Positions 47,829-59,230 of a DNA stretch of 64,000 nt are shown one piece after another. The translations under genes were made by a program, and so were the position numbers. Under the pieces are notes generated by a model. It did no database searches. It was not told where the DNA came from and was given only the letters and a program-made list of their open reading frames with translations. The DNA is from a virus (lineage: Duplodnaviria; Caudoviricetes). The first letter of the stretch is position 1. Each line of letters begins with the position of its first letter. The stretch is taken from the IMG/VR virus record IMGVR_UViG_3300014057_000005, positions 32,001 through 96,000 of that record, one strand, 5' to 3'.

Positions 47829-47880
47829 ATTATATCATGGAATCCGTTTAATGTCAAGACCAAGTTGGACTATTGTTTTT
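47829..47880 (-). promoter_or_regulatory. Promoter TTGACA-17-TATAAT with upstream AAAAACAATAGTCC motif
   Basis: -35 at 47852-47857, -10 at 47829-47834, motif at 47867-47880. Confidence 0.85.
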
Positions 47881-49027
47881 TATAGTGATATTTTTACATC
47901 GCTATTGTCATTAATCCAATTTATTGCCTCACGATAGGTAACCCCGCTATTCTGAATTATATCCAACAGCCCATACATTTTAGGATGGGTGACCCTTAGT
48001 TTCTCGAACCTACTCGGCGAACCTTCAAGGTGTGCACCAAATCCGCATAATTCGCATCCTGTACGTGCGCACCCGGTCGTTGAATATACACCGTCTTCCG
48101 ATTTGATAATATCCCCGTAGACAGAGCAAATTTCAATATTATTCTCAAAGAGGTACTGCAACACATCCTGTTCAGTCCAAAACGACATTGGGTTAGATCT
48201 TGGCTTCGCGGAATCATATACGTTGCAACCATGCTGCAACCACTTCTGCAAACGCAAATTACTTTCTGAAGCCATCTGGGCCGTGATTGGCTTTCGCCCA
48301 GTTTCGCGTCCATATTTTTGCGCCGGATACTTCTTTAAAAACTGGCAGCATTGATTGCTTATCTCAAAGTTCGCGTTTAAGAAAAATTTATACTTCGTCT
48401 GTGAGAACTTTGACCTGTTTTCGCTAGGGATGTTCGCCTTTATCGTTCCGTCTTGCGTGAGCCATCCCATTACCTGCGCTAACCTCTGGTTCGCCCCCCC
48501 CCGCTCTGCTCATTTTTCTTTGATTTAGAATACTCGCCAACTCCACAGAGCTTTCGGTAAGACGAGCTATACGGTCGTTTTTTTAGGTCACTCCCTGTCT
48601 GCTCTCCTGTTGGGATAATTCCGTCGTTTTGCAGACTTGCCAAATACTTTCGCGCCCCATATACGCACTCGGCTGCTTCTTTAGAAATTAGCGGGAACCC
48701 GTATTTTTCGCAGACCTCGAAGAAGTTGTATTTCGGCGTAACGATATCAACGTTTTCATATTTCTTCACAAAGCGACGCAGCTCCGGGAATTGTGTTGGA
48801 ATGTCTACGAACATTGCTTTTACATCTTTATACCCGCACTGATTCCTTACAAGATCCATCAGTACTGTGCTGTCTTTCCCTCCGCTAAACGAAATATAAA
48901 CACCGTCTTCGCCATATTCATTTATCCAGTCGCGAATTCTGGTGCAGCTCATTTTTATTTTTATACTTAATGGTAGAGCTTGCCACTGCCTTAATTCGCT
49001 TACTGTATGCTTGTTGTTGTTCTTTAT
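47880..49027 (-). CDS. PAPS-reductase/DndC-like PP-loop Fe-S protein, frameshifted at G9 (48494-48502), probable ATA start
   Basis: SFSGGKDS, CCQFLKK, RTGCELCGFG split across two frames; G10 or G7 fuses them. Confidence 0.8.
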
Positions 49028-49515
49028 TGCACGCCTCCTATGTTATGCCTTATACGGACTATTGTAATTTATATTTGTGGTTTCATTAAAAATTAACCAC
49101 CTCTTATTTGTCTGGATCGAGCGTAACTTTGTAATATGTATGCTCCTCAAGCGGTTCGACGTAGTTCGATTCCAAAAGCACAATATTCTTCACCTTCCCG
49201 CCCCTCAGAATATCTTCCGCTCTGTTGATTGCTGTATTTGCCTCGGTATATGCGCAAACAAACGTCCCATCCGCGAAAATGAAATACATCACCTCTGATT
49301 GTCCGCCAGTGCGCTCTTCCTTATCTACCGCTAGTGTTACGCTCATCTTCTCTCCTTCATTAAGATTCCATAAAAGGCCGGGTGGAGCTTCTCACTCCTA
49401 CACCGCTTCTGCACGGATGTCAGTCTCTTTTTAACGTGGTACGATCCCACTTGTTCCGCCATACGGAAGCACATTATTGTCTTCAGCGCGTTTATCTTTC
49501 GCCACCGACCTTATT

Positions 49516-49869
49516 TTACCATTCGCTCCGGTCTTGGAGCCGCTCCTTCTCCTCTGCCGACTTACGCCTTCTACGGTGACCATGAAGCACCTCAAGGATC
49601 CTCTTGTCCGGCGCTACCCTATACTCGCAAATGCCGCCATAGTCCAGAAAAGTTTCGAGCATTTCTGGGTTTTCCAGTAACAAATGCAGAAGACTCGTCA
49701 GCATTCTCTTGATTTCGTTTTTCCCTCTGCACAAATAAATTGGAGAACCGCTGGAACCTTCGATGTATTCCAACACATCAAGCAGAGCGCGTTTATAGCC
49801 GCCGCGATAAGTCTCAAGCATTCGGGGCCTCACCGTAACAGCCAGCGAGCAAAACCTCTGTATCATCAA
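49516..49869 (-). CDS. Hypothetical protein
   Basis: ORF in a coupled minus-strand run; start uncertain. Confidence 0.45.
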   Translation of the reverse strand: MMIQRFCSLAVTVRPRMLETYRGGYKRALLDVLEYIEGSSGSPIYLCRGKNEIKRMLTSLLHLLLENPEMLETFLDYGGICEYRVAPDKRILEVLHGHRRRRKSAEEKERLQDRSEW

Positions 49870-49992
49870 TATGCTCGTTGATAATCTTCTTCAGTTCGCT
49901 ATACAGGTCAAAGTTTGTCGTTCTAACTTCGAGCCAGTATGAAGGCGGGTCGAATGTTGACTCAAAGCTAATATTGCTACTCTTTCCCATTA

Positions 49993-50493
49993 TTATCTCC
50001 TTTCTTCGTTGGCGTATTCCCACTGAACCGCGTAGCCAGTAGGAGAAGATCTAGTTCTTATATATTTCCATCGCGATGCCCACTTAAGGGAGCTGTCCTC
50101 TTCCAAAAACGTATTATTCCAGAAATCCCATGCAGAAATCCGATATACCCAAGGATCATTCGCGATTCTTAACGACACCCATTTTCTAGAATCCTTTATC
50201 CGATTAATGTCGCCCATGGCCGCGTAGTCAACAGGATCCGTCCAGTGCTCATAAAGGTATTTGTGCCATTTCGCTGGCTTAAAATCCGCGCACATTACCG
50301 CGCTGCGCTGACCGCAGTCATACGACTTAAACCACGGAACATAAAACCTGATTCGCTTATGGTCGATCCGTTTGCATCGTGATTCCTCGCGATCTGCATT
50401 AACTCTAAAGAATTCGCAGTCGCCACAGCCAACGTGATAACACGTATCCTGAAGACTATCCTCGGTGATTTCGTCATCTCGTATAAACAGCAT
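49993..50493 (-). CDS. Cys-rich hypothetical protein
   Basis: ATG at 50493 after GGAGGG; CGDC...C...C...C. Confidence 0.55.
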   Translation of the reverse strand: MLFIRDDEITEDSLQDTCYHVGCGDCEFFRVNADREESRCKRIDHKRIRFYVPWFKSYDCGQRSAVMCADFKPAKWHKYLYEHWTDPVDYAAMGDINRIKDSRKWVSLRIANDPWVYRISAWDFWNNTFLEEDSSLKWASRWKYIRTRSSPTGYAVQWEYANEERR

Positions 50494-50803
50494 CGGATCC
50501 CTCCGCCCATGTGGCAACATATCCTTTAACGTGTCGGTACTTTCCTCTAATACAACGCTTAATATTAGACTCGTCTGTATGCAGAAACATCGATGCATCG
50601 TATAGACTGGGCGCAAAAAACAGTTTCCCATCGGAAATCCGCCTCAGTAGCACAGGTTTTTTAGGGTTCCTTCGTGACTCCCGTTCAATTGTCGTGTCCT
50701 TTTGTCGCTCCCTCAACTCTTCCCTCCGTATAATTTTGCCCCACAAACCGGACAAAAATTCCACATAGTATCCATAACCTCGCCGCAATTCCCGCATTTC
50801 CAA
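50474..50803 (-). CDS. NUMOD1/IENR-like DNA-binding protein
   Basis: KPV......GK.F..SL.DA...L.....NI.RCIRG.....KGY; start uncertain. Confidence 0.55.
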   Translation of the reverse strand: MEMRELRRGYGYYVEFLSGLWGKIIRREELRERQKDTTIERESRRNPKKPVLLRRISDGKLFFAPSLYDASMFLHTDESNIKRCIRGKYRHVKGYVATWAEGSDAVYTR

Positions 50804-51042
50804 GCGATAGGCGGTTCGCCGTCTACATTGGCGACCTCGTACACGATACGTTGCGCGATATCAAGCTTGGCGACATCGGCCTTCGGGAATTCATGTACTA
50901 CCTGCATAGCATCCACACACATTTCCTGTGCGGCATAGATTGCCTCATCAGCCGGATGACTCCCGTCTGGCGACAAAAGCGAAGGCATCAGTTCTGCGAT
51001 AGCGGCTTCCAACGGTTGGCGTTTTACATACTCATCAGCCAT
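50713..51042 (-). CDS. Zinc-ribbon accessory protein
   Basis: EYVKR..., CGNC...NFCPVCGAKL. Confidence 0.6.
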   Translation of the reverse strand: MADEYVKRQPLEAAIAELMPSLLSPDGSHPADEAIYAAQEMCVDAMQVVHEFPKADVAKLDIAQRIVYEVANVDGEPPIAWKCGNCGEVMDTMWNFCPVCGAKLYGGKS

Positions 51043-51238
51043 GTGATTCACCTCTTTCAAATGGCTCCATCTTCGCATTCTGAAATGCGTTTGCCAACAT
51101 TGACGCAATTTCCTGTTCATAGAGTCCCGCTAACAGGTGCGCGTCTGCGCTCAGACGATGCAGCGCGTCATCGAATCGGTCTGTGACCCAATCCTTCCAG
51201 AACTCATCAGGAATCTCTATTGTTACTCGTATCATTTC

Positions 51239-51863
51239 TCACCTCGCTATTTTCTTCTGGCGACCTCTCCAAGTTGCATGATACTCTTCGCACAGCTTTG
51301 TGCCCTTAACCTTTTTAACGAAAATCAGCTTCCTTTCGGTGTTGAGCCGTTCATGTTTTGTCCCCATGCCTTTATGCGTTTTCGTGCTCCCGGCTGTTTC
51401 GCCAATGAAATCCCAGTTATCTGCTTTGTAAACCGCACCTTTTCGATGGTCGTCTTCGATTACAAATGTCTCAAAACCGTGAACGGCAACGCCGTATCGA
51501 CTTTCCCAGTCCTTTGCGACCTGCTGTCGCCATCTCCGTAATACCTGTGTGCCAAGATTAGGAAGATGCTTCTCTAGACGGAAAACCGTATTATTAACGA
51601 TGCAATTCAGCGCCACTTTCTTGTTCTGGCTATTGAGTCCGAAATAATCATCACGGCTTTTTACCGCGTACACGGCGGATGCTCCCGAAATAATTCCGAT
51701 TATCTCCTTCTCGCCCCCCCGCCACGTTAAGTGCTATAAGGTAGTGCATTTGCTGACCGAACGTGCCGTGATTAGGTATATAATGTCGGTTGCGAATCTC
51801 TTGGTATCGCGGGTCAGATCGTTTGCACCGAATCAGTTCAAAATCATATTTCATTTCATTCAT
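51239..51863 (-). CDS. DUF4338/DruA-like (Mom-related GNAT-like) protein, frameshifted at G7 (51714-51720)
   Basis: RHY..., IVNNTVFRL, PNLG..VL, DW..RYG, ETFV, GAVYKADNWDFIGETAG; G6 or G9 fuses the two ORFs. Confidence 0.7.
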
Positions 51864-53046
51864 TGCCTTTCAACTTTGCCCCGCAACTGGGACAATAATT
51901 TGACAACATCTGTCTATGGCTTTTCCAACCACGCATAGCTCCGCAATCACACTCTGAGCAATGGTAACGACCTGCTTCTTCTGGCGGCATCATTCCGTGG
52001 TGCTTCACCCAGCGCCCAACCGTTTGAGCCTCATGGAGCATCAACATCGCATTACCAATAAGTTCTTTTGCGCCGTCTGGAACGTCTGGCATATTGTAGG
52101 CCTTACTTAAGATTTCCCACGCATCAGTATTATTACTCATCTATATCGCTCCGTTATAACTGCCGCAATTTGGGCAGTAGTTATCATACCAATACATTCT
52201 ATTATCTATTTCACCACATTCAGAACATTTAAGGCAATAACATGTGTTCCACTTCCCGGCATTGACATCGATCCACCTGCCTCTTTTTCGCTCTGGCGCG
52301 ACAGACGGCAAACGCATGATATGCCCTGTTGGCACGGCATAAAGAAGATGATTTTGTGCATCATAACAGTCGCATTTGTACTTCAATACGTCCGCCCTAC
52401 TCACACAGTCGTCACACTTAGGGCGCTCTGTTTTTTCCTTAAGTTCTTTGATCACCATCGCTCATCCTCGCCCCGCACCACCAACAAAACGGCACGTCCT
52501 GTGTCTTCGCGTGTGTATCAGACTTACCACACCTCGAACAGACATACTGATAATTGCCATTGCTGACATCCTCTTCCCTTTGTGTTTCTGAGAGTAGCCA
52601 TTCCCCCGTCTTTTCCTTCACAAATACAACTATCTTGCCGTGCTTGGTAGAAAAGGATACTTTTTCGGAATGTTCAAAATCCACATCGGTAATAGCATCC
52701 CAATCATCTTCTGTTAGCGGGCTACTGAGTGTAAATGTCATTTCATCCATCCTGTTCACCTCTCATTTTCGCGCCGCAGTTCGGGCAGAAGTTCGGTATT
52801 TTCTTCGCCCTCCCCGTATATTGCTCTAAACACTGGTCGCACTGCCAAAATACTGTATCCTCGTTATTCGGATAGCCGTCTTCCCCGTATCTCAGCCACT
52901 CTCCCTTCTTCCGTTCTGGCTGTGCAGATGGCAGTGCGTCTATCCTCGCCCATGCGTCGCTACGGATTATCCAGACATATCCGTCCTCATCGCTTTTACA
53001 ATGCATATCCGCAAGCGCATCAACCGCCGCCTGTCTGCTGATTAAA

Positions 53047-53556
53047 TCATTCATCCTGTTCACCTTCCATCTTCGCCCCGCAGTGTGGACAGTAGTTTTG
53101 TGGAATAAGCATAAACGACTCTCCACACTCTGAGCATTTGATATATACAGGCGTGACTTTCCACCGCCCCTTCTTCCGTTCTGGCCGTGCGGAGGGCAAA
53201 GACATAAGCCGGGTTTCAGCATCATTTTCTGTGTGACCGTCCCAGTGCTTCGCTCTGGGCAAGTCAACGCAGTCGAACATATCCCAATACTTGTTTTCGT
53301 AGTGGTATGTGTAGCTTCCTTCCGGTGTATCGATCCCAACGACGAACCATCCGCCTCCGAAGCAATACTCTCCGTCCTCGTGTCTGTAGGACTTCCATGC
53401 CTTATCCTTATATGCTTTTACCAATGCGGCAAACAGGATCATCCTCTGCTCGTAGAGGCTATTGAAAGTGTGAAAGCCGTCTGACAACTCACCGATATCA
53501 TTAACTTTCGCAACATCACATATTGCTCTTATTCTCAGCAGTTCCGTATCAGTCAT
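53047..53556 (-). CDS. WDGH-motif protein fused to a zinc ribbon
   Basis: SDGFHTF..LY..R, AWKS..H.DG, GWFVVGI.TP.G..TYHY, WDGHT. Confidence 0.7.
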   Translation of the reverse strand: MTDTELLRIRAICDVAKVNDIGELSDGFHTFNSLYEQRMILFAALVKAYKDKAWKSYRHEDGEYCFGGGWFVVGIDTPEGSYTYHYENKYWDMFDCVDLPRAKHWDGHTENDAETRLMSLPSARPERKKGRWKVTPVYIKCSECGESFMLIPQNYCPHCGAKMEGEQDE

Positions 53557-54833
53557 TCTTCCCGCCTTTCCCAAGGATATTTTTCTACCCGTTTCCCATC
53601 CAGTCCGATTTTGCAATAACAAGGATAATCCCCTTTGACATAATTTCCTTTGTTCTCGATGTTTATATCGCAATCGGCGTATTCGCCATAAATGCTACGC
53701 TTGCAGTCCCTGCAATATGTGTAAGGATCGTACCTCATTCTTCCCGCCTTTCTGGATAATCGTCATCCGTAACGTTCCTTTTCTCCCACAAATGGCAGTA
53801 CCCATCTTTCGGCAGTGCATAATGTTCTTCTATCGGGCATCTGGTTCTCCCGTCTGCATACCATCCGCCGTTATTTGCTGTCCTGCCACAATTAACACAA
53901 GTGCGTTCAGGCTGTACGGATGGCACACCGTTAATCCAATCATCAAGCCGTTTTTTATTGCTATCCGTTCCCATGCGGTACATAAGGTGCATATGCAACG
54001 CATCAATCGCCTGCTGTCTGTCGATTAAATCACTCATTCTCTGTCTTCTCCTATCACTGCCAAAAACTCCCTTATTGCTTCATCCACCGACATACACTTA
54101 CAACTATATCTGCTATACACAATGCCGTTGTCCTGCTTGGAATACATCATCTTTCCATAGTATGCCGATGTAATCAGATCAAACATATTCCACTCCCCGA
54201 CATTTTTGTCGTGAACATCGGGCCGTGCGGATGGCAACTGTGCTATGGTCTGCGCATCGTTATCAATAATCGCAATGGTGTAACGGTCTATAGGGTCATT
54301 GCCGAAGTTGTTTGAATAAAGCTCTTGATTGTGCAGTATCGCATCTATCGCCGCCTGTCTGCTGATTAAATCATTCATCTTTCAACCTCTATTTTTCGAT
54401 TGCTGAAACAAATGCACTGACCGAAGATGTCAATCTGAATCCATGCTTCTACATACATCTTCCCATTTTCAATATATTTTGTGATATAGTGATGGATCAT
54501 TCCTGTTCTCCTCTCATATCAGCACCGCAGTTCGGGCAGAAATTCATAACCTCCGGGTTTCTCCATCCTCTCGATCCGCACTCAGAACATTCGTAGGAAG
54601 GTATCCACCCATCTCGTTCGCCCTTATCGTTTACAAATGACCAATACCCATGTTTACGCTCTATCCACTTCCCTGTCTTGCGTTCTGGCTGTGCGGATGG
54701 CACCTTTTCGAGCCAATTTGCTATGATATTTCGCTTTTCTTCGATACTGTCTATAACGTCATCGTTCTCGTCTGTCCATGTAACATCAACTAAATCCTTT
54801 GTGTTGGCAAGCGCATCAATCGCTTTCTGTCTT

Positions 54834-55310
54834 TCAATCAGATCCATCGGTTCTCCTTTCCGCTCTGTACGGTTCTGGAAGCGGCATCCATGCGATAACT
54901 GCATAATCTCCCGTTGAATGCCTATTCCACCATAGGTTCTCTTCATACCACAGAATATCTATAAATTCTGTATTCGCAACATAGTCATACCGTGTGACCT
55001 GATATCTGCCATCTTTTTCAGGCAACCTCTCACTGCACGGAATCCACTTCTGTTCCGGCTGTGCGGATGGAAACATTTGAACGATTCCACTTTTTGCCTT
55101 TTCAACCGCTTCACGAACCTGCTCTTCCGACAAAGTTATTTTGGCAATACAGACTTTTTCTGGCTGTGCGGATGGCAACTGTTCAACATATGTCTTTGCA
55201 AGTGCCGCGCCGCAAGCAACCCCTTGTGCATATTCTGTCTTCATCGGGTCAACTGGAAACACTGCGTCAATTACTTCAATCGCCGCCTGTCTGCTGATTG
55301 AATCATCCAT
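54834..55310 (-). CDS. DUF551-domain protein
   Basis: WIPCSERLPE...VIAWMPLPEPY. Confidence 0.8.
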   Translation of the reverse strand: MDDSISRQAAIEVIDAVFPVDPMKTEYAQGVACGAALAKTYVEQLPSAQPEKVCIAKITLSEEQVREAVEKAKSGIVQMFPSAQPEQKWIPCSERLPEKDGRYQVTRYDYVANTEFIDILWYEENLWWNRHSTGDYAVIAWMPLPEPYRAERRTDGSD

Positions 55311-56415
55311 CCTGTTCACCTCATCCTTCTCCAAATCTCATCAGCTTGTTCCTTGCCATCCCTTGCTATTCTTACACGGACACACTGCTGTATATGGCGA
55401 TACACCTCTTCCACATACGGGGCATATCCATCCTTGCATTGCAGGTACGTTATACGATTTTGCGGTAGCTGTTCCAGTAACTGTATCTTTAACCATGTCT
55501 ATACGGTTAAGTTGTGCTTGCTCTATACATTCTCGTTGGAAGCCATCTATAATCATGATCCTTCTCCTCTCCGCAGTTCAGGCTCTCTTCTCATGTCCTC
55601 CTGTTTCGTTCCGCTTCCAGTAACTCTCTCCATCGTATCCATCCCGGTTTATCAATTCGTTCGTCACCAAACAGATTCATCCGCTTTTGAAAATCGCAAT
55701 CCTCAATCATTGTGCCTAAATCGTTATCCGATATTTCTGGAAGATGCGGAGCTACAATGGATCGAACCAAATCAGGCATATAGGTCTGACGACCTTGACA
55801 ATATCGGATTGCACAAATCGCAAGCGTTCCGAAACTCTCCTGCGTGATGTTCTTAATCATCCTTCGCTCCTTCTTTCCTGTTCAGCGCATCCGCAATCCG
55901 TGATATAAGTCAAATCGTCAACCGACATATCCCACCATCGCAAATGTGGACAATCAGGCGGACAATCAATCGGAAATCGAATCATCGGTTCTCCTTTCTG
56001 CATAATGGCAAAATCCATCATAATCTGTTCCCGAATCCCATTCAGAGCAAGTCCAATATGGTGTATTTCCATCCGTGTCGTAATGTTCCGTTATGTATTT
56101 GCAATCCTTGCACCGAATAATCTCTGGCTGTACGGCCTGTTTTCCTTTCCGGTATCCAACCCACATAGCATCTTTTAACTGCTTTGCGCCGTCTGTGAGA
56201 TTGATGTCCTGCTCCTCGGCATAATAATTCCATACATAGTCTATGTCAGAGTAGTCGTAATATTCTGGCTGTGCGGACGGCAATTCTCCCGTTACTTCGC
56301 TCAAAATCGTCCCAAAGTACCCGCCATCATTTCGGACAATAACTGTATCTTTGCGGATTTCGTCAATGTATCCGCGAACGAATATTCTGTCACCTATTTT
56401 CATTCTGTCTGCACC

Positions 56416-56661
56416 TTACCATTCGCACGGAATCTCGAATAGAACTTTGCTCAGCCGGATCACTACATCCCCGATAGCGTCAAGCGTATACTCGCCTTTG
56501 TTCTCTTCTTTCGCAAGCCCGCCGATGCCCTTCCCGTTCGTCCAGCGGCGCACTACAGACGCATCCGAAAGAGTTACTGCATCTGCCGTTCTTTCGATTT
56601 CTTTTCCGCAAATGATCCATCCATACTCACACACATAAACTGTCACGATAAAGTCCTCCAT
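56416..56661 (-). CDS. Small conserved phage protein coupled to the Gly-Tyr repeat gene
   Basis: GW...G......V.L.DASVVRRW..GKGIGGLA. Confidence 0.65.
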   Translation of the reverse strand: MEDFIVTVYVCEYGWIICGKEIERTADAVTLSDASVVRRWTNGKGIGGLAKEENKGEYTLDAIGDVVIRLSKVLFEIPCEW

Positions 56662-57167
56662 AATAAAATTTTCTGTATATCGCCGTCGCCGTTGCCGTAT
56701 CCGTAGCCGTTGCCGTATCCGTTGCCGTTGCCGTAGCCGTTGCCGTATCCGTAGCCGCCGCCGTAGCCGTCGCCGTCGCCGTAGCCGTAGCCGTAGCCGT
56801 CGCCGTAGCCGTAGCCGTAGCCGTAGCCGTAGCCGTAGCCGTAGCCGTAGCCGTTGCCGTCGCCGTCGCCGTCGCCGTCGCCGTACGTGCACCGATTGAC
56901 TTCCGCCTTCGATAGCTCCCGGACAATAGTTAAATCAGACGCGACGCATTTTTCCGCGCCTATCTGGATCTCGCCGCTTGCCACCACCTCAAAATAGCGG
57001 CTGCCGTTGTCGCGGTTGTAAAAATCAAACACATCACGCAGGTTTCTGCAAAAGTGCAGGCCGTTATGGCAAAGTTCAATCGTTCCATCGGCGTGATAGG
57101 CTTTCCCGACCTCGTACTGCATCCCGCGGCACTTCATATTCTCATCTGTGCCTTTGTAGCCTTTCAT
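56643..57167 (-). CDS. Protein with KGYKG..CRG.QYEVG..C..GLHFC domain and a Gly-(Tyr/Asp/Asn) repeat tail
   Basis: ATG at 57167; (GY/GD/GN)n encoded by a hexamer repeat. Confidence 0.75.
   Translation of the reverse strand: MKGYKGTDENMKCRGMQYEVGKAYHADGTIELCHNGLHFCRNLRDVFDFYNRDNGSRYFEVVASGEIQIGAEKCVASDLTIVRELSKAEVNRCTYGDGDGDGDGNGYGYGYGYGYGYGYGYGDGYGYGYGDGDGYGGGYGYGNGYGNGNGYGNGYGYGNGDGDIQKILLWRTLS
56682..56885. repeat. Hexanucleotide tandem repeat (GCCGTN)n, about 34 units
   Basis: Directly visible in the sequence. Confidence 0.95.
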
Positions 57168-57700
57168 TATCGGTTCTCCTTTCTGCCATACTGCAATAAT
57201 CATCCTCAGCGACCATGTAATCTAAAGCGTCTAGTACGCCCATTCCGTATAGTTTATCGCAATATGAAAACGCAGTACCTTCTCTCCAGTGCTTGCAATC
57301 CTTACACCGTATGATCTCTACCCACTCCGCTTCAGGATCATTCCTCAAGCGATTCACGATCTGTTCAACCCAGTCATCCGGCAGATTGACTTGTATCGGC
57401 ACTTTAATCTCTGCCATCCGCTTCACCTTCTTCCAGATACCCATCAATCCAACTCCACCAGTCGTTCAACGCCTTGTGCGCTTTCTCGCCCATCATCCGC
57501 ATTGAGCCTTCGTGCCTGTCTTTGCAAACAGCCGCTTTTTCTACGTCGTAGAGCAGTTCGTCAACAACATAAATCAGCCTATTAAGGTTCTCCGTGCGCT
57601 CTCTATCTATACCAGAATCACCATATGGCTCAATCTCGCCTATCAGCGTCCGTGTGACTTCCAGAATCGTGCTTGCGTCCATCGCTCGTCACCTTTTTCC

Positions 57701-58065
57701 TTCACCATGCCACATAGAGCAGAGTCTTCGGAAATGTATTCCATCCGCTCCACCCATTAGGGTCTTCGATGTCATCAATGCATTGCTTCAATGATTCCAA
57801 CGCTTTCAACGCACTTTGGGTAGTGCCCCATCCGTTTGGAAAATTGTACTTCTCAAACTCTTTCTCGTGTTCTCGCAGGTTTATAATTCCTCTGACGATA
57901 TTCTGATAAACGTCAGAAACCTTATCAAATTACAGTTTTATAAACCCCGCAACTAGGGCAACGGATTGTAAAACTAACACGGTCTTCCGGCCCGCCCATC
58001 TGAGTAACTGCCATTTCAGTTCTTGGAATCTCTCCGCAGAATGGGCATCTTTTTAACTCATCCAT
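57701..58065 (-). pseudogene. Fused remnants: truncated Lar-like zinc-finger ORF plus a start-less C-terminal fragment of another gene
   Basis: MDELKRCPFCG...CPSC stops early; downstream frame ..KYNFPNGWGT..LLYVAW* has no start. Confidence 0.5.
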
Positions 58066-58905
58066 CTCTTCCTCTACAAACATTCAAGTAACCAATCAAT
58101 TCTTTCCCTGAGATACTTTAGCTCATTCAACCATTCGGCAAGCTGCTGACATTCAGCCGCCTCGTCTTTTAAATCCATATAATCATTGCTTTCAATATGC
58201 GCTTTTTTTTGGCATTCATTGGCTAGATCACTGTAATATGTGATTGCATCGTCAAGGGTCATTCGCTCTCGCCGCCCTTCCAAAAAACAGGAGTTAATTT
58301 ATAACCCGTGCGTTCCGCTACTAGTTTTGCGATAGATGGTTTATATCGCTTTACGAATTTTCCGCCTTTATTATTCGGGATTAAAAAATCTTTATAGCGA
58401 TAAACACAAGTATCAAGCCAATAGTATTCTGATTCTTCATCCGCTTTTTCCGCCTTGTCCCACTCTGGGTCGTCGAACGGCGGCTCTATGCGCTTGTCTC
58501 TATATATTCTGCCGTCATACGCTATCATTTATCTTTAGCATCCTCTCTCCTGTATTCCATCGGCAAAGGCATTTGCACTATCGGCTCTCGGACTAATTTC
58601 GATTTATAGCCACAAGAAAAACACTCATAAAAAAGAGTTGGCGGTATACTTGCGGTGCTTACACAAACCATAGGCCAACCACATTCCGGACACGTATACG
58701 TCATTCCTCCTCACCGTCCTCTAGCAATCCCATTCTTCATCCGTATCTATTCGCACAACATGCGCATAACCGCCTACATCATACGGACATTCTCTTGCTA
58801 CTATATCCGCTGCTTCTCTGGCGTTCTCTGTTTCGACCACATCGGAATAGACCACCATATACGCCACATGATATTTAGACATCTTATCACCCCATTCTGT
58901 CCCGT

Positions 58906-59211
58906 TTATTTCCAATCCCAACAACAATCGTCCTCGGCAACTACCTTGTAGTTTTGTTGCGAACAAACCAAAACCTGATTGCCGTCTTCATCATCCGCCG
59001 ACATTGAGTGAGAGCAATATAGACATATCTCATCCGGCATCGTCCTCTTATTCCATGACTCAGCCGCCTCTTCCTCGCTCTTGAACAATTTCCCCTCCGT
59101 GTGTAAACAAACGCAGTTCAATGTATTACATCCGATTGTGTACCCACCACCTTTAGTAGTGTGCACCATGATATACCTGTCTCCACAGAATGGGCACGGC
59201 TTATAATTCAT
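58906..59211 (-). CDS. Lar-family (restriction alleviation-like) zinc-finger protein
   Basis: KPCPFCG...C....C...EEAAESWNKR. Confidence 0.65.
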   Translation of the reverse strand: MNYKPCPFCGDRYIMVHTTKGGGYTIGCNTLNCVCLHTEGKLFKSEEEAAESWNKRTMPDEICLYCSHSMSADDEDGNQVLVCSQQNYKVVAEDDCCWDWK

Positions 59212-59230
59212 CCAAAGGTTCCTCTATCTT

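Larger units (their letters stand above)
51856..57447 (-). repeat. Array of small paralogous genes built from shared modules (DLISRQAAID, LPSAQPE, GKW..CxxC..NFCPNCGA, DUF551-like)
   Basis: About 10 copies of TCTGGCTGTGCGGATGGCA-like and 4 of CCGCCTGTCTGCTGATTAAATCA-like sequence on the + strand. Confidence 0.8.

Noticed and set aside
56416-56926. Poly-Arg/Leu and poly-Thr/Ala ORFs
   Set aside because: They are alternative-frame readings of the hexamer repeat.
51856-57447. Dispersed 20-28 bp repeats as a CRISPR array or integron attC sites
   Set aside because: They are in-frame coding modules with irregular spacing and no palindromic structure.
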